This document shows positions 61,701 to 64,000 of a stretch of DNA of 64,000 nucleotides, one piece after another. The notes below the pieces were generated by a model. It was not told the origin of the DNA, did not search any database, and worked only from the letters and a program-made list of their open reading frames with translations. Source of the DNA: Balanoglossus misakiensis (taxonomy: Eukaryota > Animalia > Hemichordata); assembly GCA_040954595.2 (NCBI GenBank), contig CM082593.2, positions 2,683,434 to 2,747,433 of the forward strand, read 5' to 3'. Every line of letters starts with the position of its first letter. The first letter of the stretch is position 1. Made by a program: the position numbers and the translations under genes.

Positions 61701-64000
61701 GGAAAAGAACAAGACTGCAGGATATGGTGCCCACTTCACTGGAAAATCAGATGCTTTGGTTTATAAAGCCCAAGAAGAAACCAGAAGATTGTAGTTACTG
61801 TTAATGATGAACATTTTATTGTCAGTTTTAATTATTGTTTTTTGTAGTGTAACAGTAGATTGTAATGTCAAAGAGAGAGCAATTTTACAATTATACACAA
61901 ATTGACTATTTTTTACAGCTAGACTGGTAATGGTAAAGAACAAGACTGGATATGGTGCCCACTTCACTGGAAAACAGCTAGACTGGTAATGGAGAAGAAC
62001 AAGACTGGATATGGTGCCCACTTCACTGGAAAACAGCTAGACTGGTAATGGAAAACAACAAGACTGGATATGGTGCCCACTTCACTGGAAAACAGCTAGA
62101 CTGGTAATGGAAAAGAACAAGACTGGATATGGTGCCCACTTCACTGGAAAACAGCCAGTAATGCAAAAGAACAAGACTGGATATGGTGCCCACTTCACAG
62201 GAAAACAGCTAGACTGGTAATGGAAAAGAACAAGACTGGATATGGTGCCCACTTCACTGGAAAACAGCTAGACTGGTAATGGAAAAGAACAAGACTGGAT
62301 ATGGTGCCCACTTCACTGGAAAACAGCTAGACTGGTAATGGAAAAGAACAAGACTGGATATGGTGCCCACTTCACTGGAAAACAGCTAGACTGGTAATGG
62401 AAAAGAACAAGACTGGATATGGTGCCCACTTCACTGGAAAATCAGATGCTTTGGTTTATACAGCCCAAGAAGAAACCAGAAGATTGTAGTTACTGTTAAT
62501 GATGAACATTTTATTGTCAGTTTTAATTATTGTATTTTGTAGTGTAACAGTAGATTGTAATGTCAAAGAGAGAGCAAGTTAATATTTTACAATTATACAC
62601 AAATTGACTATTTTTTACAGCTAGACTGGTAATGGAAAAGAACAAGACTGGATATGGTGCCCACTTCACTGGAAAACAGCTAGACTGGTAATGGAAAAGA
62701 ACAAGACTGGATATGGTGCCCACTTCACTGGAAAACAGCTAGACTGGTAATGGAGAAGAACAAGACTGGATATGGTGCCCACTCCACTGGAAAACAGCTA
62801 GACTGGTAATGGAAAAGAACACAACTGGATATGGTGCCCACTTCACTGGAAAACAGCTAGACTGGTAATGGAAAAGAACAAGACTGGATATGGTGCCCAC
62901 TTCACTGGAAAACAGCTAGACTGGTAATGGAAAAGAACAAGACTGGATATGGTGCCCACTTCACTGGAAAACAGCTAGACTGGTATTATGGAAAAGAACA
63001 AGACTGGATATGGTGCCCACTTCACTGGAAAACAGCTAGACTGGTAATGGAAAAGAACAAGACTGGATATGGTGCCCACTTCACTGGAAAATCAGATGCT
63101 TTGGTTTATACAGCCCAAGAAGAAACCAGAAGATTGTAGTTACTGTTAATGATGAACATTTTATTGTCAGTTTTAATTATTGTATTTTGTAGTGTAACAG
63201 TAGATTGTAATGTCAAAGAGAGAGCAAGTTAATATTTTACAATTATACACAAATTGACTATTTTTTACAGCTAGACTGGTAATGGAAAAGAACAAGACTG
63301 GATATGGTGCCCACTTCACTGGAAAACAGCTAGACTGGTAATGGAAAAGAACAAGACTGGATATGGTGCCCACTTCACTGGAAACTGCTAGACTGGTAAT
63401 GGAAAAGAACAAGACTGGATATGGTGCCCACTTCACTGGAAAACAGCTAGACTGGTAATGGAAAAGAACAAGACTGGATATGGTGCCCACTTCACTGGAA
63501 AACAGCTAGACTGGTGCCCACTTCACTGGAAAACAGCTAGACTGGTAATGGAGAAGAACAAGACTGGATATGGTGCCCACTCCACTGGAAAACAGCTAGA
63601 CTGGTAATGGAAAAGAACACAACTGGATATGGTGCCCACTTCACTGGAAAACAGCTAGACTGGTAATGGAAAAGAACAAGACTGGATATGGTGCCCACTT
63701 CACTGGAAAACAGCTAGACTGGTAATGGAAAAGAACAAGACTGGATATGGTGCCCACTTCACTGGAAAACAGCTAGACTGGTATTATGGAAAAGAACAAG
63801 ACTGGATATGGTGCCCACTTCACTGGAAAACAGCTAGACTGGTAATGGAAAAGAACAAGACTGGATATGGTGCCCACTTCACTGGAAAATCAGATGCTTT
63901 GGTTTATACAGCCCAAGAAGAAACCAGAATATTGTAGTTACTGTTAATGATGAACATTTTATTGTCAGTTTTAATTATTGTATTTTGTAGTGTAACAGTA
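58759..64000. repeat. Hierarchical satellite: runs of a 59-bp monomer punctuated by a 169/176-bp AT-rich segment, with a 1591-bp higher-order repeat; runs off the window end
   Basis: Monomer cagctagactggtaatggaaaagaacaagactggatatggtgcccacttcactggaaaa. The AT-rich segment starts at 59260, 60156, 60851, 61747, 62442, 63092 and 63890. 59260->60851->62442 and 60156->61747 are each 1591 bp apart. Confidence 0.97.

Noticed and set aside
60170-63937. Repetitive ORFs (SLVLFHYQSSCFPVKWAPYP; MEKNKTGYGAHFTGK) as a repeat protein
   Set aside because: The 59-bp unit is not a multiple of 3, so frames rotate into stops, and the indel variants (+5, +4, -5) do not preserve frame.
58759-64000. CRISPR-like array
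   Set aside because: Monomers are contiguous with no unique spacers, the intervening 169/176-bp segment is itself repeated, there are no cas genes, and the context is an intron-containing animal locus.

Overview
Eukaryotic (animal) genomic DNA, AT-rich and intron-dominated, with no prokaryotic features. It holds one complete + strand protein-coding gene, a TCF/LEF (pangolin/TCF7L2-like) Wnt-effector transcription factor. I assembled it by eye from 10 coding exons: 7724-7912, 7999-8083, 8290-8408, 44967-45123, 45783-45891, 46088-46294, 46652-46799, 47007-47172, 50568-50640 and 50964-51294. That gives 1584 nt and 527 aa, with all introns GT-AG and phases consistent. The protein has the N-terminal beta-catenin-binding domain, context-regulatory region, HMG box plus basic tail, a single C-clamp exon and a PXDLS CtBP motif. 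Intron 3 is 36.6 kb. The sequence and exon pattern suggest an invertebrate bilaterian, probably a deuterostome (inference). The promoter carries a bipartite TCF HMG + Helper site, a candidate for autoregulation. Downstream of the 3' UTR are a 41-bp minisatellite, a ~152-bp satellite and a hierarchical 59-bp satellite with a 1591-bp higher-order period, whose origin from a 37-bp monomer is visible at its edge. It resembles a CRISPR array superficially but is not one. Almost all other ORFs in the track are spurious. I found no convincing wholly new system. The best leads are the regulatory and isoform architecture of TCF and the satellite.
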